Shown here piece after piece: positions 13,215 through 26,714 of a stretch of DNA of 64,000 nucleotides; position 1 is the stretch's first letter; each line of letters starts with the position of its first letter. The stretch is taken from NCBI GenBank assembly GCA_053919585.1, contig CM132786.1, one strand, 5' to 3'. This stretch comes from Euprymna scolopes. Its lineage: Eukaryota. The translations under genes were made by a program, and so were the position numbers. Below the pieces are notes generated by a model. It had not been told where the DNA came from, did not search any database, and saw nothing but the letters and a program-made list of their open reading frames with translations.

Positions 13215-14599
13215 CATATTAATGCATATATTTCTGTATGTATAGGTTTATGTATGTTTATANNNNNNNNNNNNNNNNNNNNNNNNNNNNNNNNNNNNNN
13301 NNNNNNNNNNNNNNNNNNNNNNNNNNNNNNNNNNNNNNNNNNNNNNNNNNNNNNNNNNNNNNNNNNNNNNNNNNNNNNNNNNNNNNNNNNNNNNNNNNNN
13401 NNNNNNNNNNNNNNNNNNNNNNNNNNNNNNNNNNNNNNNNNNNNNNNNNNCACTTATCTAAAATATATTGGAGTATTCCCTTTGGCCGCAAATATATTTT
13501 ATGATTCCCTCGTTAAATTAACTGCCGGCAATGTGTTGCATGCAATCTCTTATCAGTCACGAGCATAGCTTTTATATNNNNNNNNNNNNNNNNNNNNNNN
13601 NNNNNNNNNNNNNNNNNNNNNNNNNNNNNNNNNNNNNNNNNNNNNNNNNNNNNNNNNNNNNNNNNNNNNNNNNNNNNNNNNNNNNNNNNNNNNNNNNNNN
13701 NNNNNNNNNNNNNNNNNNNNNNNNNNNNNNNNNNNNNNNNNNNNNNNNNNNNNNNNNNNNNNNNNNNNNNNNNNNNNNNNNNNNNNNNNNNNNNNNNNNN
13801 NNNNNCACAACACACACATATGTACATATATATATATATATTAATTTATATATATATATATATATCTTTATGAAATTATGTGTACTGCATGAAACCGTAT
13901 ATGCCTTCAAGACACTCATAAATTTATCTTTGTGAAGTATATTGCAACATATGATAGGCATGATTCAAAGATCCTTTCTCCTGATATTTTTAATCTTATC
14001 CAAACATTTCTACTAGATTTTATTATGTGTGGTTTATTTTAGTGCTAATTTCTCCTGTTTAGCAAGACAATACTCATTTAAAACTGTTGAATTATTTTTT
14101 TATAAATNNNNNNNNNNNNNNNNNNNNNNNNNNNNNNNNNNNNNNNNNNNNNNNNNNNNNNNNNNNNNNNNNNNNNNNNNNNNNNNNNNNNNNNNNNNNN
14201 NNNNNNNNNNNNNNNNNNNNNNNNNNNNNNNNNNNTTCTCCGCAATAGGATTGTTTATACTCGGGTAGTTACTTGGTACTGCTGCAAATGAATTTATTTT
14301 AATTAACTACTTCATTTTTATTTGAGGTATTACTGTAATTATTCTTAGATTAATTTATTAGCAGAGGAAATTGGTTTTATGATGCTAAGTTCTAACGAGT
14401 CACCAATTATTAAGGCCCGGATGCCACCTGATAATAAGGGTTTATATGTGTACATTGCTCACAGCGAACATGCCCGTCATCGATAGTAGTTGAAATTTTA
14501 TAAATTGGATTATTTAAGGGGATAGCTAATCACGGATTTGTTCACTTTGGACTTGAAAATAACCACACTGAAACTAGTTGGAAAGATTGAAACCAGAGT

Positions 14600-16440
14600 A
14601 GGATTCAACAGTTTTTAGAATGAAGGTTTGTTCATGGTATTTACATTTGGGCTATGGCATAGATAAAGAGTGAGGTTCATTACTGTCTGTATTTTCCACA
14701 AACCGAGTGTTTTCCGTGAAAGTCCTCCCAAGGTGGACTATGGATTTGAGCAGTGAGGAACACTTACCATGAAAATAAATATGAAGCAGACATAGGCTCA
14801 CGATGCCTAATCTGTTGGAAAGAGATTCCAGAGACGAGAAAATGACCTTCACGCTAGGTTCCGAAATCTTTTTTGAAATCTGTTTATGCAGAATAAACGG
14901 TTGGCCAGATGTGGACACCAGTCCCCCATTCTTGGGCGCACTTGGATCTAATACATGTATAGAATTACCTCAGCAATTAGATATTTTCTGTAACTGAAAA
15001 ACGACTCCACTATCTTCCCTGCAGCCCTGGCAACTTTTTAAATGTAAGTGCTCAATCTCAGATTAGGAATAAAGGCCAAACTAACAAATTTGTAAAAACA
15101 TGGAACCTACTTAAGATAAGCCATTCATTTCAATTAATACCAAACGAGGATAAGAGCGTGAATAGTAGAAATGTATACATCTTTCGTCTTAGAGGCATGA
15201 AAATTACCCAGACACTTCTTTCCCCACTGCACCGCCTGCTCAAATCAGCTGACAGAGAATAGAGAGAGCATGGTCGTTTACGTGTGGTATTGTCTACAAA
15301 TTAACTTAGAATGTGATTTGAATTACCATCATGTAGATTACCTCGACAGTTGGGCCCAAAATGAATTCATGTCCGACGCTAGCATTAATGCTGTGAGCTT
15401 TTGCCAATCAGCCACTATTCTTATAAAACTCTCAGAGAGAAATATTTAATAATTGAAATGACGTATCCAGCTATACTGTAGCTGGAGATTTATTTCAGTA
15501 GACCTTTATACAACACCCTATCAAAAGCATAAGATATGTCAAGGGGAGTTAACTGTGACAAAAAACCTCCATTCGTTTACCCTATGGGTAATAACTGTTA
15601 ATATACCAGCTGTATATCGAGCAGAACGGGAACCATACGGCATATCAGGAAGGAGGTCATTTTTACTGAGGTATTTGACTACTAATCTGTTTGACACGTA
15701 TTCTAGCAATTTACTCATAGCGCACAGGGGACTGGTTGTTCTGTAATAAGGAGATGAGTGATCATCTGCATTTTAAAATACGGCGTATACAGATGAGGAT
15801 TTCCAGGGTGTTGGGAAGCAACCTTACTTACCACAACGCTTGAATAGCTTTGTAATTATGGGAACTAGTTCTCGTGGAAGCTTTTTGAGCAATATAATAA
15901 GACGTGCGTCGGGACAATTGCTTTACTGGAATCAAGTTTTTTTTATTAGCTTGGAAGCATCACTTATAGATATTTGTATGTTGTATAGTTGTCAGACCAA
16001 GGAGGAAATACGAGGGGTTGGTGGGCCTGACCGCGTAAAGGATAATTAGCTGCACAGTTTTTGGCAAAGACTGTGGCTTTATCTGACAGTGACGAGATTA
16101 CTTCAGGTCCATTGAAGATAGATGGGATAGAACACACAATTCTATTCAGGCCCCTGTTTGTTATCAGCAAAAAATGGTTGAAACCAAGACGCTGCTCATC
16201 TACTTTGGACCGAACGGAATAGGAATACAACTCTCGTGCGTTCTTTATTACTCTATTACAGGGGTTGCTGGCAGTCCTGAAAGTGGCTTTAGTCTCAATA
16301 AATTTATTACATTTGAAGACATGCACATAGTGATTTCTGTGCGAAATGACAGCAGTACATTCTTGAGAGAACTACGTCTGGCTGTAAGGATTTTGTGGAG
16401 ATTTTTGGAGTGTATATATCGGGCTCTACCTAAAATTAAC
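14600..16440 (-). mobile_element. CR1/L2-group LINE ORF2 remnant
   Basis: IFNGPEVISSLSDKATVFAKN (ORF 15964-16326), DISYAFDRV near 15510-15540, and LESLSNRLGIVSLCLLHIYFHGKCSS (ORF 14652-14918); many stops and frameshifts. Confidence 0.85.
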
Positions 16441-17067
16441 CATTAAGTAAGGTATGATACTATGGAGGCAACATTCTTTGTAAACTTTGTTTGTTTTTAT
16501 TAAAGGGTATTTTATAAATGCAACATTTTATATTTTAGATTACTTATAAATTCAAATGGGGAATGCATTTTTCTGTCTGTGATATTAAAACAATTTTTTG
16601 CTGCTAAAGTCTTACAAAATACATGTATGTTTGGACTTAGTTGAGGATTCACTTTACATATAATTTTAAGCAGGGATATATGCCAAACGTCATTTTTGCG
16701 ATAGTAGAAATATAAATAAATTGTTGAAGTAATCTCTTTATATAGTAGTTTTTCTGGGTATCACCTCCATTCTTCTATTTGAAATAGAAAATAAAACGGC
16801 GAAATATTTTCTAAATGCTCTAATTAAGAATCAACTCATATCTTACTTGTAGTTTTGTTCCACATTGCTCAGGGCATATGTACGGTNNNNNNNNNNNNNN
16901 NNNNNNNNNNNNNNNNNNNNNNNNNNNNNNNNNNNNNNNNNNNNNNNNNNNNNNNNNNNNNNNNNNNNNNNNNNNNNNNNNNNNNNNNNNNNNNNNNNNN
17001 NNNNNNNNNNNNNNNNNNNNNNNNNNNNNNNNNNNNNNNNNNNNNNNNNNNNNNNNNNNNNNNNNNN

Positions 17068-17645
17068 NGTGTATATATCTAGGTAACCTACACCTAAAAT
17101 TTATAGCGTTTGGACGCAAAATTTTCGGAGGAATTTAGTAGACTCTGCTAAGTTTAACTCTTCAAACATTGACTTTCTGGCAGCAACATGTTCACCGAAA
17201 ACTGATTCAAAATCTAGCTGCATGTCGGAATGCGTTTTATCTAAAATTTAAAATGCTTAGACAAAGAATTGGCTGAGTACTTTGGTAGAGACTGCAGAAG
17301 TCATTTTATAAAACTAATTTTTACCCCTAAACATTTAGTGTTTTGGGTTCTTATGATATTAAAACATTTAATCCATTTCTAAGTAACCTACATCTAAAAT
17401 TCCAAGTGTTTAGATTTAAAATTTGCGGAGGAGTTAGGAAGAGCTTTAACAAGGTAAATCATGTAACATGAACAACTTGACAGCCAAATCTCTGGCCGAA
17501 AACCAAGTAAAAAGTGTTCCAAATCTCTATACCCTTTTCGTAAAATCCTGAGTCTGTAAACTGACAATTGAAGAGTAGTTCGATAGCAAAATGTACGCGC
17601 ACAGGCACATACACAGACAATTTTACTTTTATAGATATATAGATA
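17068..17645 (-). mobile_element. Helitron-like family fragment with internal duplication
   Basis: Minus strand starts tctatatatctataaaagtaaaattgtctgtgtatgtg and is homologous to 22332-22760; taacctacacctaaaat/taacctacatctaaaat is duplicated at ~17084 and ~17384. Confidence 0.6.
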
Positions 17646-19019
17646 TAATTAATCACACCGTTTTTCTTCAATTGAAACTTGCATCTTCTTGATGAAGGAC
17701 ATGTTGTTATTTTTCTATTTCTTTATATGTTTATTCGTGTTAAAATGAAACTCATGATACACATTATTAAAATCCAATGAACCTTTAGCTCAACACGTCG
17801 CGTGTACGAAAGGCTTCACAATTAATTTAATTAAAATACAAATAAACATGACCCAAGCATTCATTATGAATAATTCTATGGTGGCGATCGACATGAAAAC
17901 AGACAGATTGCGTCATTAAAGGGGAACAATATGCGGATCAACAAGAGATTCAATATGCCATTATCATTAAATTTAAAAGAAAAATAGTTATAACAATGGT
18001 AAAAAAACATTATTCCTTTTAACCAACGACGTTCAATATTACAGTTGTTGGCCAAATATGCAACCAAGAAAAATCACGGACTCAAATATTGGTTGGAAAA
18101 ATAAAATAAATTGGGGTAAAAAAGAGTTTACAAAAATACAAAAGTCGCTATTTTGCATAGATGTCCTACTTCCAAGTACATAGAGGTCACTAGATAGCTG
18201 TACTGCCCGGTCTATAGTTACGGTTCAGGAAATTGTATTGTACTTGCACGGGTGAATCCCCCAAACATTTATGCTTATGTTTTTTGTCTTTACAAAAGCT
18301 TGTAAAATCATTATTTCTAATATTGTGTAAAAAAACTCAGTGCTCGTTTATTATACTTTCTCCTGAATGTCATTGTTCCGTTTGGGATTAGTCGATGTCG
18401 AATGTTTGGAAAATAAGGTCGATCAGCGATTTTGTATTTGTAATGTACATCTAGTGTAATCTGAGTATTTTTTTTTTTATTTAGTGTCGGTTGCGTTTAT
18501 GAGCATTTTTGCTCTTAGTATTTTACAAGAGATATCGACATTCTCATAAAATTTTGATTAGGTCTGCGTTCCCTTAGTAGTAGCATTTATAAATGTGTGT
18601 ATTACATCGCAGTTCTATTGCGCAAGTTTTGTTAATTTGCTATTTCCTTATATTGTGCTGGAGAACCTGGTATTATCTAGCCATATGTGTATTTGCCGCT
18701 CCTACTCCTGCACTGTTGTGATTGTGTATTGATTTTCCTTGAAAGTTTAACAAAATTTTTTCTGCCTTACTACGATACTGTACACTCATAAACCCTTACC
18801 CTCGAGTGACGTCTTGGCCTTGATGGGTGGTGACTTCTTTTGTTAAAAAAAATGTCACCCACCTTTGTCGTTCCTCCCCATTCTATATTTACCAAAGAAA
18901 GAAACCAGTAGAACGTTGCATAACATAGGAAACATTCGAAAGAACAGGGCAAAAACGGTAATTGTTTCCCAAGAGATGCTGGACTAAAGGAGTAAATTAA
19001 AAATGGTATCTTACAATGC

Positions 19020-19293
19020 GGGTCATGTATATGACCTTAAACTATATCCGATGGTGAGGCCTCAGTTTGCGGGCTTTGGGGAGTGTGGAGTCACCCATGC
19101 AATTGCTCCCTGTTTCACTCTGATTTGGAGTGGCAGTACCTGTTAGGGTACCAACTGTGGATTAAATAGAAACCGACGTGAAATGAAAACAAATATATTT
19201 CTAATAAAAAAAACTTTCTTCAAAATAACTTGATCTGGAATTAAATAACCTTAAAAGTCTTGATATGCCGTAAAACAAAAACAACCAACCAAC
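19020..19293 (+). mobile_element. SINE-like repeat body and tail, copy 1
   Basis: tatgaccttaaactatat...gtgaggc...gagtgtggag...cactctga...ggagtggcagtacctgttaggg...ttaaataga...gatatgccgtaaaacaaaaacaaccaaccaac is homologous to 23690-23952 and ends in an (AACC)n tail. Confidence 0.7.
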
Positions 19294-19774
19294 TTACAAG
19301 GTGATTTTATTATTTGTATTGAACTGTGTAACACAATATTACTTTTTTGAGTATTTATTAGTACTTAATTTATCTCATTTAGGTCAGTTCTATATTTAAA
19401 ATGCAACGAAAACTATTTCCATAGCAATAAACTCATGTTTGTTATGTGTTATTAGTTTTTCTGTATAAAAAAAAAAACTCCATTTTTGAGTTCTTCAGAA
19501 AAATATCAGCTTTATAAAAATGTGTTTCTCGCCCGTGGAATTTCCACACGTCCTGCTAGTTTACAGAAGTTTTGGTGCATGATTTTTGGAAAGAAATGAT
19601 TAAAGATTGTAACTCACGTTGTGATTTTATTTTTATTGAACTATGTAGCACAAAATAATCTTTTTAATATGATATACTCACAAAGGGTTTAGTTTATATA
19701 TTATTCCTTAATTGGAATTCATTTTTGAGATGAACATTATATATATGTATATATATACATATATATATATATAG

Positions 19775-20464
19775 GAACTCTACAAAACTCCTCCGATAAT
19801 TTTGAGTATAAACGCTTGAATTTTGAAATATTGTTTTTTTGTACATGGATCTAATTTAATAACTGCATTCGAGCCTAAAAAAACAAATGTTCAGAAGTCA
19901 TAATAGGGGCCAAGTTAAAACAAATTTAGCCGCTTCAGTCCCTACCAAATTACTCAGACAATTTTTGGTCTAAACATTTGAAATTTTACATAGAGTGTAT
20001 TCAGGGATAGAGCAAGCTTTTTAATTGGTTTGAGTCGAAAATTTCAGTTACCAATATATAAATGTAGGTATTTATGTACGTATGTTTGCATGTCTGCTTA
20101 AAAATTTCGACATAGGCGATGGATTTTTACTAGATTAATATGGTTTTTAGGTGGATTTTTCAGACCGCAAATATCGAAAAATTGTCTAAAACCACTAATA
20201 CCTTCACATTCAACTGGCCACTTTTCTACCGAGGGGTCGCTATTTTCGCCGATGTTTTCGAAAGTCATCCTCTCTTTTCGATTGCCTAACCTTAATTAAA
20301 ACCGACGTCATTTTCGGTTAGGCGGTGGTCGTAAAAGCAAAGACGTCACGTTTTTCCCCGTTCTTTTCCTCCATTGCAGTACGGGTTCGGGCCTGCCTTC
20401 CTACTACCACTTTTTCCCTAAACACACACCTCCAGACCCGCGCAACGTCTGGCTTAAATGCGAG
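19775..20464 (+). mobile_element. Helitron-like non-autonomous element, 3' part
   Basis: Aligns over ~690 bp with 22535-23223; ends acccgcgcaacgtctgg...gCGAGt (decayed hairpin + CTAG). Confidence 0.7.
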
Positions 20465-20559
20465 TAATAAATAGTTATTGATTTTCATTTACTTGCAATA
20501 TTAAAACCAATTGATCACTCTCCATAAGTGTAATTTGAAGTTTACAAAATAGATGCATA

Positions 20560-20686
20560 TTAAATATATATGTTAGGAAAATCTAAGAAAATAACAATTG
20601 TATAGTTAAATAATTACAGATTTATCAAGAATCGGAATCAGTAATTGTATCGGAATCGGGAAAATATTCGAATCGTCCCATCACTA
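20560..20686. mobile_element. hAT-like terminal fragment (TAGTGATGGG terminus)
   Basis: Ends ...gaatcgtcccatcacta; related sequence at ~28440-28500 and at 48295 (tagtgattagacgattc), with short (cgatt/aatcg) subterminal repeats. Confidence 0.45.
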
Positions 20687-20699
20687 TATATATATATAT

Positions 20700-20761
<62 letters not shown>

Positions 20762-20845
20762 CCAGAATTTGTTAAGATTAAAATTATTCTATTTCAATTT
20801 TTCTAATGTTCTTTTTTTGTTAAAATTAAAAAACAATCATGTTTA

Positions 20846-22193
20846 CAATGTGACCCAAAAAACGGGACCCGTATACACTTTATGTGATATCTCAATTATT
20901 TATACACTTACTGCCCTTATTTTATAGGACTTGACAGAATCAACGGCTGTGAGTACACCGAGATCCCAGTGGAAGCTGGGACAAAGAATACACTGTGTTA
21001 AATATTACTATAAGACAGGCTCGTTTAAAAAAGACACAGGAAAGTGTCATTCGTCACTTTGAATGTGAAAAGGCTCTATATAAAAGCAGAATTGAGAATT
21101 GAGTTGACCACTTCCATAAGTATGGGACCGTGGAGAACCTCCGCGCTGCATGAGAGAGAACCGGCCAAGCCATTCGGAACGTCCCAAGAAGGGAACAGCC
21201 GAGTTGGTTGAAATAAATAGAGAGTCTCTCCAGCATAGTTCGAACAGCTCTGTTCGTAAATGAAGTCAGTCCTTCTGTATATCCCTTGAGACTTGCAGCA
21301 GAGTGCTGGTGAACGATATCAGGGCTTACCCATACAGAATACAGACGCTGCAGACCCTTACAGCCTCAGACTAGAAACAGAGGAGGGCTATGGCAGTGAA
21401 GATGCTCAAGAAGATCGAGGAGACACATAGTTTCCTTAACTTCCTTTCGACCTAAGATGAAGCCCACTTCCATTTTGATGGAAAGGCGAACTTCAAAACA
21501 AATGTATTCTGGGCGTCCTCCAGACCCAATGAAGTACCCACCAAGTCCCTGCACTATCCTAAGTGCACGATGTTCGTTGCAATCTCGGCCAGACGCATCA
21601 TCGGGCCAATCTTCATCGAATAATCTGGCGCAGCTGTGACAGTCATATAGGAGCGGTATGTAGAGGACCTCACAACCTTCCAGAGTGAGCTCCAGATCAT
21701 CTACCCGTTGCTCATGAGCAAGTTCTGTTCATAGCAGGACTGAGCAAATTCTCACATTTAAAACCTGCCCCGAGATTGGCTGAAAGAGAACTTCGGAGGC
21801 CAAATGATCAGTCTGAAGACAAATTTTGAGTGGACATCTCATAGCCCTACCTAAGCCCCCCAGAATTTATTCTTTGAGGCTATCTTAAAGACAGAGTTTA
21901 CGCAGGGAAACCCAGAACCATCACGAAATTCAAGGAGGCCATCCAAGAGGAGATGAGAGTCATTACCAATTAGGTATGTAAGAACGTCATGGACAACTTC
22001 GTGCTGCGTCTCAAGAAATGCAGGGACAGCTAAATGGAGGCCATCTAGAACATATGCTGTTGAACGGATAAAAAAAGGCCAAAAACCTTATTTTTTTGAT
22101 GTGATGTTTTGAATATAATAAACAGGTTGTGGCAAAGTTTCATTTCATTCGGACAAAACACTAAGTAACGGAGCGTTGTTTTGGGTCATTCTA
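20846..22193 (+). mobile_element. Decayed Tc1/mariner-superfamily element, DD41D (rosa-like) type
   Basis: TA-flanked degenerate TIRs (caatgtgacccaaaa / ttttgggtcattcta). Motifs DEAHFHFDG, QD.ANSH and EWTSHSP.LSPPEF.LWGYLKDRVY; about 41 residues between the 2nd and 3rd catalytic positions. Confidence 0.85.
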
Positions 22194-22331
22194 TATTCTA
22201 TATGTACCACGCAGGTTTCGATTATTGCTGAATCATCTCAAAGTGACAGAAATTAATAAACAAGACTATTTGTTTTTGTGAGTTGAAGATGATTTGATTA
22301 AGAATCAGAAACGGTCCAGATAAATAATTAA

Positions 22332-22763
22332 ACTATAATATAGTGAACGTGTATATGTATCTGTGTGTCTGTGTATATGTGTGTATATTTTCCTGCGCAA
22401 TAACTGCTAATTTTAAGTCTACATACTCGAAATTTGATATACACAGTACTGAGATTTGGAAAATTTCATAATCTGTTTTCGGCCAGAAATCTTGCTGTTA
22501 AGAGGTACAAAGTTCAACGATTTGACTTTTGAGAACTCTACCAAAATCCTTCATCAATGTTCAGTCTAAACACTTGAAATTTTAGATTGTATGTTCATTG
22601 GACATGGATATAAATTAATAAATTGATTTGGGCCCAAAACAATAAATGTTAAGGGATCATAATAGGGGTAAAATTTAAACAAAGTTGGCCGCCTCGGTCC
22701 CTACCAAATTACTCAGACAGTTTCTGGCCTAAACATTTGAAATTTTACATAGAGGGTACTCAA

Positions 22764-22830
<67 letters not shown>

Positions 22831-23219
22831 CGTATGTTGGCATGTCTGCCTAAAACGTTCGGCAGGGGAGATAGATTTTTATTAGGTCAGTATGTTTTTT
22901 AGGTCGACATTTCAGACGACCAATATCCAAAAACTGTAAAAAAAACACTAATATATTCACCTTCAACTGACCACTTTTCTACCGAGGGATCGCTTTTTTC
23001 GCCGATATTTTCGAAAGTCATCCACTCTTTTCGATTGTCTAGCCTTAATTAAAACCGACATAATTTCCGGTAAGGCAATGGTCGTAAAAGCAAAATCGCC
23101 ACGTTTTTCCCACTTCTTTACCTCCTTTGCGCTACGGGTTCGGGCCTGCCGTCCTACTATCAATTTTTTTATTGCTCGGCACACACCTCCAACCACCTGG
23201 GAAACGCCGGGCTTTAATG

Positions 23220-23223
<4 letters not shown>
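22332..23223 (+). mobile_element. Helitron-like non-autonomous element, near full length
   Basis: 5' end ctataatatagtgaacgtgtatatgtatctgtgtgtctg; 3' hairpin cctgggaaacgccggg followed by gCTAAt; internal (TA)n; three other partial copies in the window. Confidence 0.7.
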
Positions 23224-23301
<78 letters not shown>

Positions 23302-23689
23302 AACTTCAAGATTATGTTTCAATAGGGTCTACAAGTAATTAAAGCTAGTTCTGTAAATTCTAACAAAATATTATTGGAAAGTGTTATTTTTTATTTGATC
23401 AATATAAAAGATGAAATTACTTTAAGCGATAAAGACAAAGAGAATGAGTGCTGACGGACAAAATATGGATATGATATTTGGTATCCAAATAAACATTACT
23501 CCCTGAAATAAGTAGAATGGTATTATAAAGTTTCATGTTGGTTGGAGATTGGTTGCACAGAGGCAAAATTTCTCTAGTAGGCCATCAACAATAGCATGCA
23601 ATAATCATGTGCAAATAGAGTTAATCAGTTTGATTTAAGCTAATATAAAACACGCACTAGTATGTGATTTTGCATACATTAATCAGTTT

Positions 23690-23952
23690 CTGGATATGAC
23701 CTTAAACTATATCAAGTCGTGAGGCTCAAGCTTGCAGGCTTAGAGGAGTATGGAACCACCTTTTAATTGCCGTTGCTCCCAGGTCCACTCTGACTAGGAG
23801 TGGTAGTATATGTTCCCGTACCAACTATAGGTTAAATAGAAGCCGACTTGAAACAAAAATATATTAAACAAATTTTCTTCCGAATCTTTTGTTTCGGCAT
23901 TAAATAACCTGGAAAGAGTGTATATGCCGTAAAACAAAAACAACCAACCAAC
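23690..23952 (+). mobile_element. SINE-like repeat body and tail, copy 2
   Basis: Homologous to 19020-19293, including ttgctcccaggtccactctgac and tatgccgtaaaacaaaaacaaccaaccaac. Confidence 0.7.
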
Positions 23953-24147
23953 TACATTAAAATCCAAATAATCAACATGACAGTTCAATTTAGTTTTAGG
24001 TCCAAATAAAATATAGTTGTTATATTTTTTTTATAATTTGGATTTTGTTTACATAAAACGTTGGGTATTTTAAAAACTATACGGCCAAGCGGTGAACTTA
24101 AAAACAACGCTTAAGCACTCATAATATACCTTAATGAATCGAACAAT

Positions 24148-24199
<52 letters not shown>

Positions 24200-24233
<34 letters not shown>

Positions 24234-26400
24234 TGTTATGTGTAGAACTTTGTCTGTCGAAAAGCCGAGGACCAGCTGATCATTCATTGGGTGTGGTGGG
24301 GTTTTCATCATCGGTGAATGGTGACAGATGTCGAGGGTTTCAAAATATTCCTATTCCTGCATTTGCTTCTCTGTAGATAATTTTTAATTACACACATATT
24401 TGTTGACAATGCTATGGACAGTAGCCTGCCACTTAGCTTTTTGTAAAGATGTCTGCTTCCATAACGACGAATCAACTAGCCATGTTGGAGCTTAGCAAAC
24501 AGAAGCTACTTGGGCAGATTGTTGTCTGGCATGCAGACTACATAACAAGTCCATCAAAGTTGAACTTTCATCAGGATAGTGGGGATGCTCTGGAGTCCAG
24601 GACGAGTTAGGGATTCTGTCTTTGTTAACCTTTTCTGCTAGCCTATGTAAAGCACACTCCTCACTCCGGTGTTGCGGAATGATTTAATTTCTATGCGGTC
24701 CATTGGTAGATAGCCCACAAATCACACGCAGAGCCTAAAGTAGTGGGTATGACAGGTTTATAATCTTTGATATTTGTCATGCCTCTTCTGTCCCATAAAT
24801 TCTTATGGTGGCTTTCTTAAACGAGTCTGGTGTTGATTTCGTCGTCAGTCACCACATTGTGCAGGAGCGTACTTCCAAAGTATAGGAACATGTCACCTGT
24901 ATTGAGTCTTTGGTAGCCGAGGTGAATGTTGTATTCGTAATCTTGTTTTTTTTTTCGGGCAATACTGATGCAGTAGTGCAGTCTTCTTGGCATGAATAGT
25001 GAGAACAAATATTTTATAATACTGTGAGGATATTTTTGCACTGTATTGCATGCCTGCCGCAGATGGAGCGTTAAAGACCCAATCATCAGTAAAGAGAAAG
25101 CCAATTACGGCATCTGCTTGTAGCCTACTAAGGTTGAAAACTGATCCATCACATCTGTACCTGATTCTTATGCCAGTATCTTTTAAGTAATCCGTCAGCA
25201 TCGCAGGGAACATGAGGCTATACAAGGGTGGAACCAAAAGAATCCCCTTTTTATATTCTACTTGTGACTCTAAAATGGTCAGAGTTCACCCCCTCGGTCT
25301 TGTACTCTGACCATCATCTAATCATCTCATCATGGGACTTACATATGATCACAATGAATTTTCCAGGATACTCATATTTTGCGATTCTTCTCCGGAGGCC
25401 TTCTTTGCTTACACTGTCAAAAGCTTCTTTTTTTTTTAGATCACCAGAGGTGAAGTATACGTCTATATTTTGTTCTTGGCAAACTCCATATTATTAGTAC
25501 CACTTGTCGTTACGAAATCCACATCGGCTCTCCGACAAGATACTTTTTTTTTCTAATGAACTATAAGCCATCATAATTATGGACAGTATTTTGCCTGAAG
25601 CGAATAGCAAGGATATTTGCCGGTGGACTTCTCAAAGCTGGTGGTTACATGTATGCTTGTACAGATATATGATGGAAACGTCTTTGAAGTCTTGGAGAAG
25701 ATCCTACTGTCAGATTATGTGGAAAATCTGATAGAGGTTTTTAGTCAGAGTATTGCCGTCTTCTTCGTGTATCTACGTTGGGATAGAACATGTGCCAAGC
25801 GTTCCTCCGGCGTACAAAAGACGGATTGTTTTCTCACTGTCTTCGGGAGTTGGGAGTGTATCTCTTTCCTTGTTTACGGGAATTTGGGGGAGACAGTAAA
25901 TAGCCTTATCATTTATGAAATAAGAAACGGTTTCATTCACTTTTACATTCTCCGCTTATCTTATCAGGATAACGGCTCTCTCAGTAAGAATAGTAGATAT
26001 TTCCACGCTTAGGGGAGGTTATAGTTTTAATAGGCAGACGATAAATAATCTTGGAGACCCTCGAAGATATTTTCATGTGGTTCTATCTGCCTATATTCTA
26101 ATTTCTTATGTTTTCTTGCTAGCCCATAAATAATGCATCCATATGAACATCGATGAAACGTAGCTACATAAACACCTCCAGGTGTTTGTCTTTTGTTTGG
26201 AGGATAGATATTCTATATGGGAATATGTCTATCCAAAATGCTGATCAACTACCAATAGGGTAATATCAAAGCAACTCTCATCAAACCCATTATTTTGTTT
26301 CTTGAACTGGGCAAAGGCACTCCATGATTGTACATTGTGATGTGCACTGTCTTGCACATGCCACCCATGATGTTTTAACAATCTCAGTTATATATTCAAG
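24200..26400 (-). mobile_element. RTE (BovB-like) LINE remnant with microsatellite tail
   Basis: ORF 24893-25237 reads LYSLMFPAMLTDYLKDTGIRIRYRCDGSVFNLSRLQA...FLFTDDW (cf. the GIRYRTDG.LFNLRRLQA...LFADDC RTE motif). EAFDSVSKEGL and ISLLFASGKIL lie upstream; the 3' end runs into (CA)n/(TA)n. Confidence 0.85.
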
Positions 26401-26714
26401 AAGGTTCAAAGCCTCCTGACAAGGTTTTAGATTAAGAAATCTGGGCACTTGTTATTTTCAACATGTTGATATAAATTTGGTCAGGTACTGCCGTTTCCTG
26501 GGGTATTTTCTTTGCATAAATATGCAGATTAAGCTCAGCCACTATGAGAAAATGGTTTCAGCACTCGTTATATGTATGTTGCNNNNNNNNNNNNNNNNNN
26601 NNNNNNNNNNNNNNNNNNNNNNNNNNNNNNNNNNNNNNNNNNNNNNNNNNNNNNNNNNNNNNNNNNNNNNNNNNNNNNNNNNNNNNNNNNNNNNNNNNNN
26701 NNNNNNNNNNNNNN

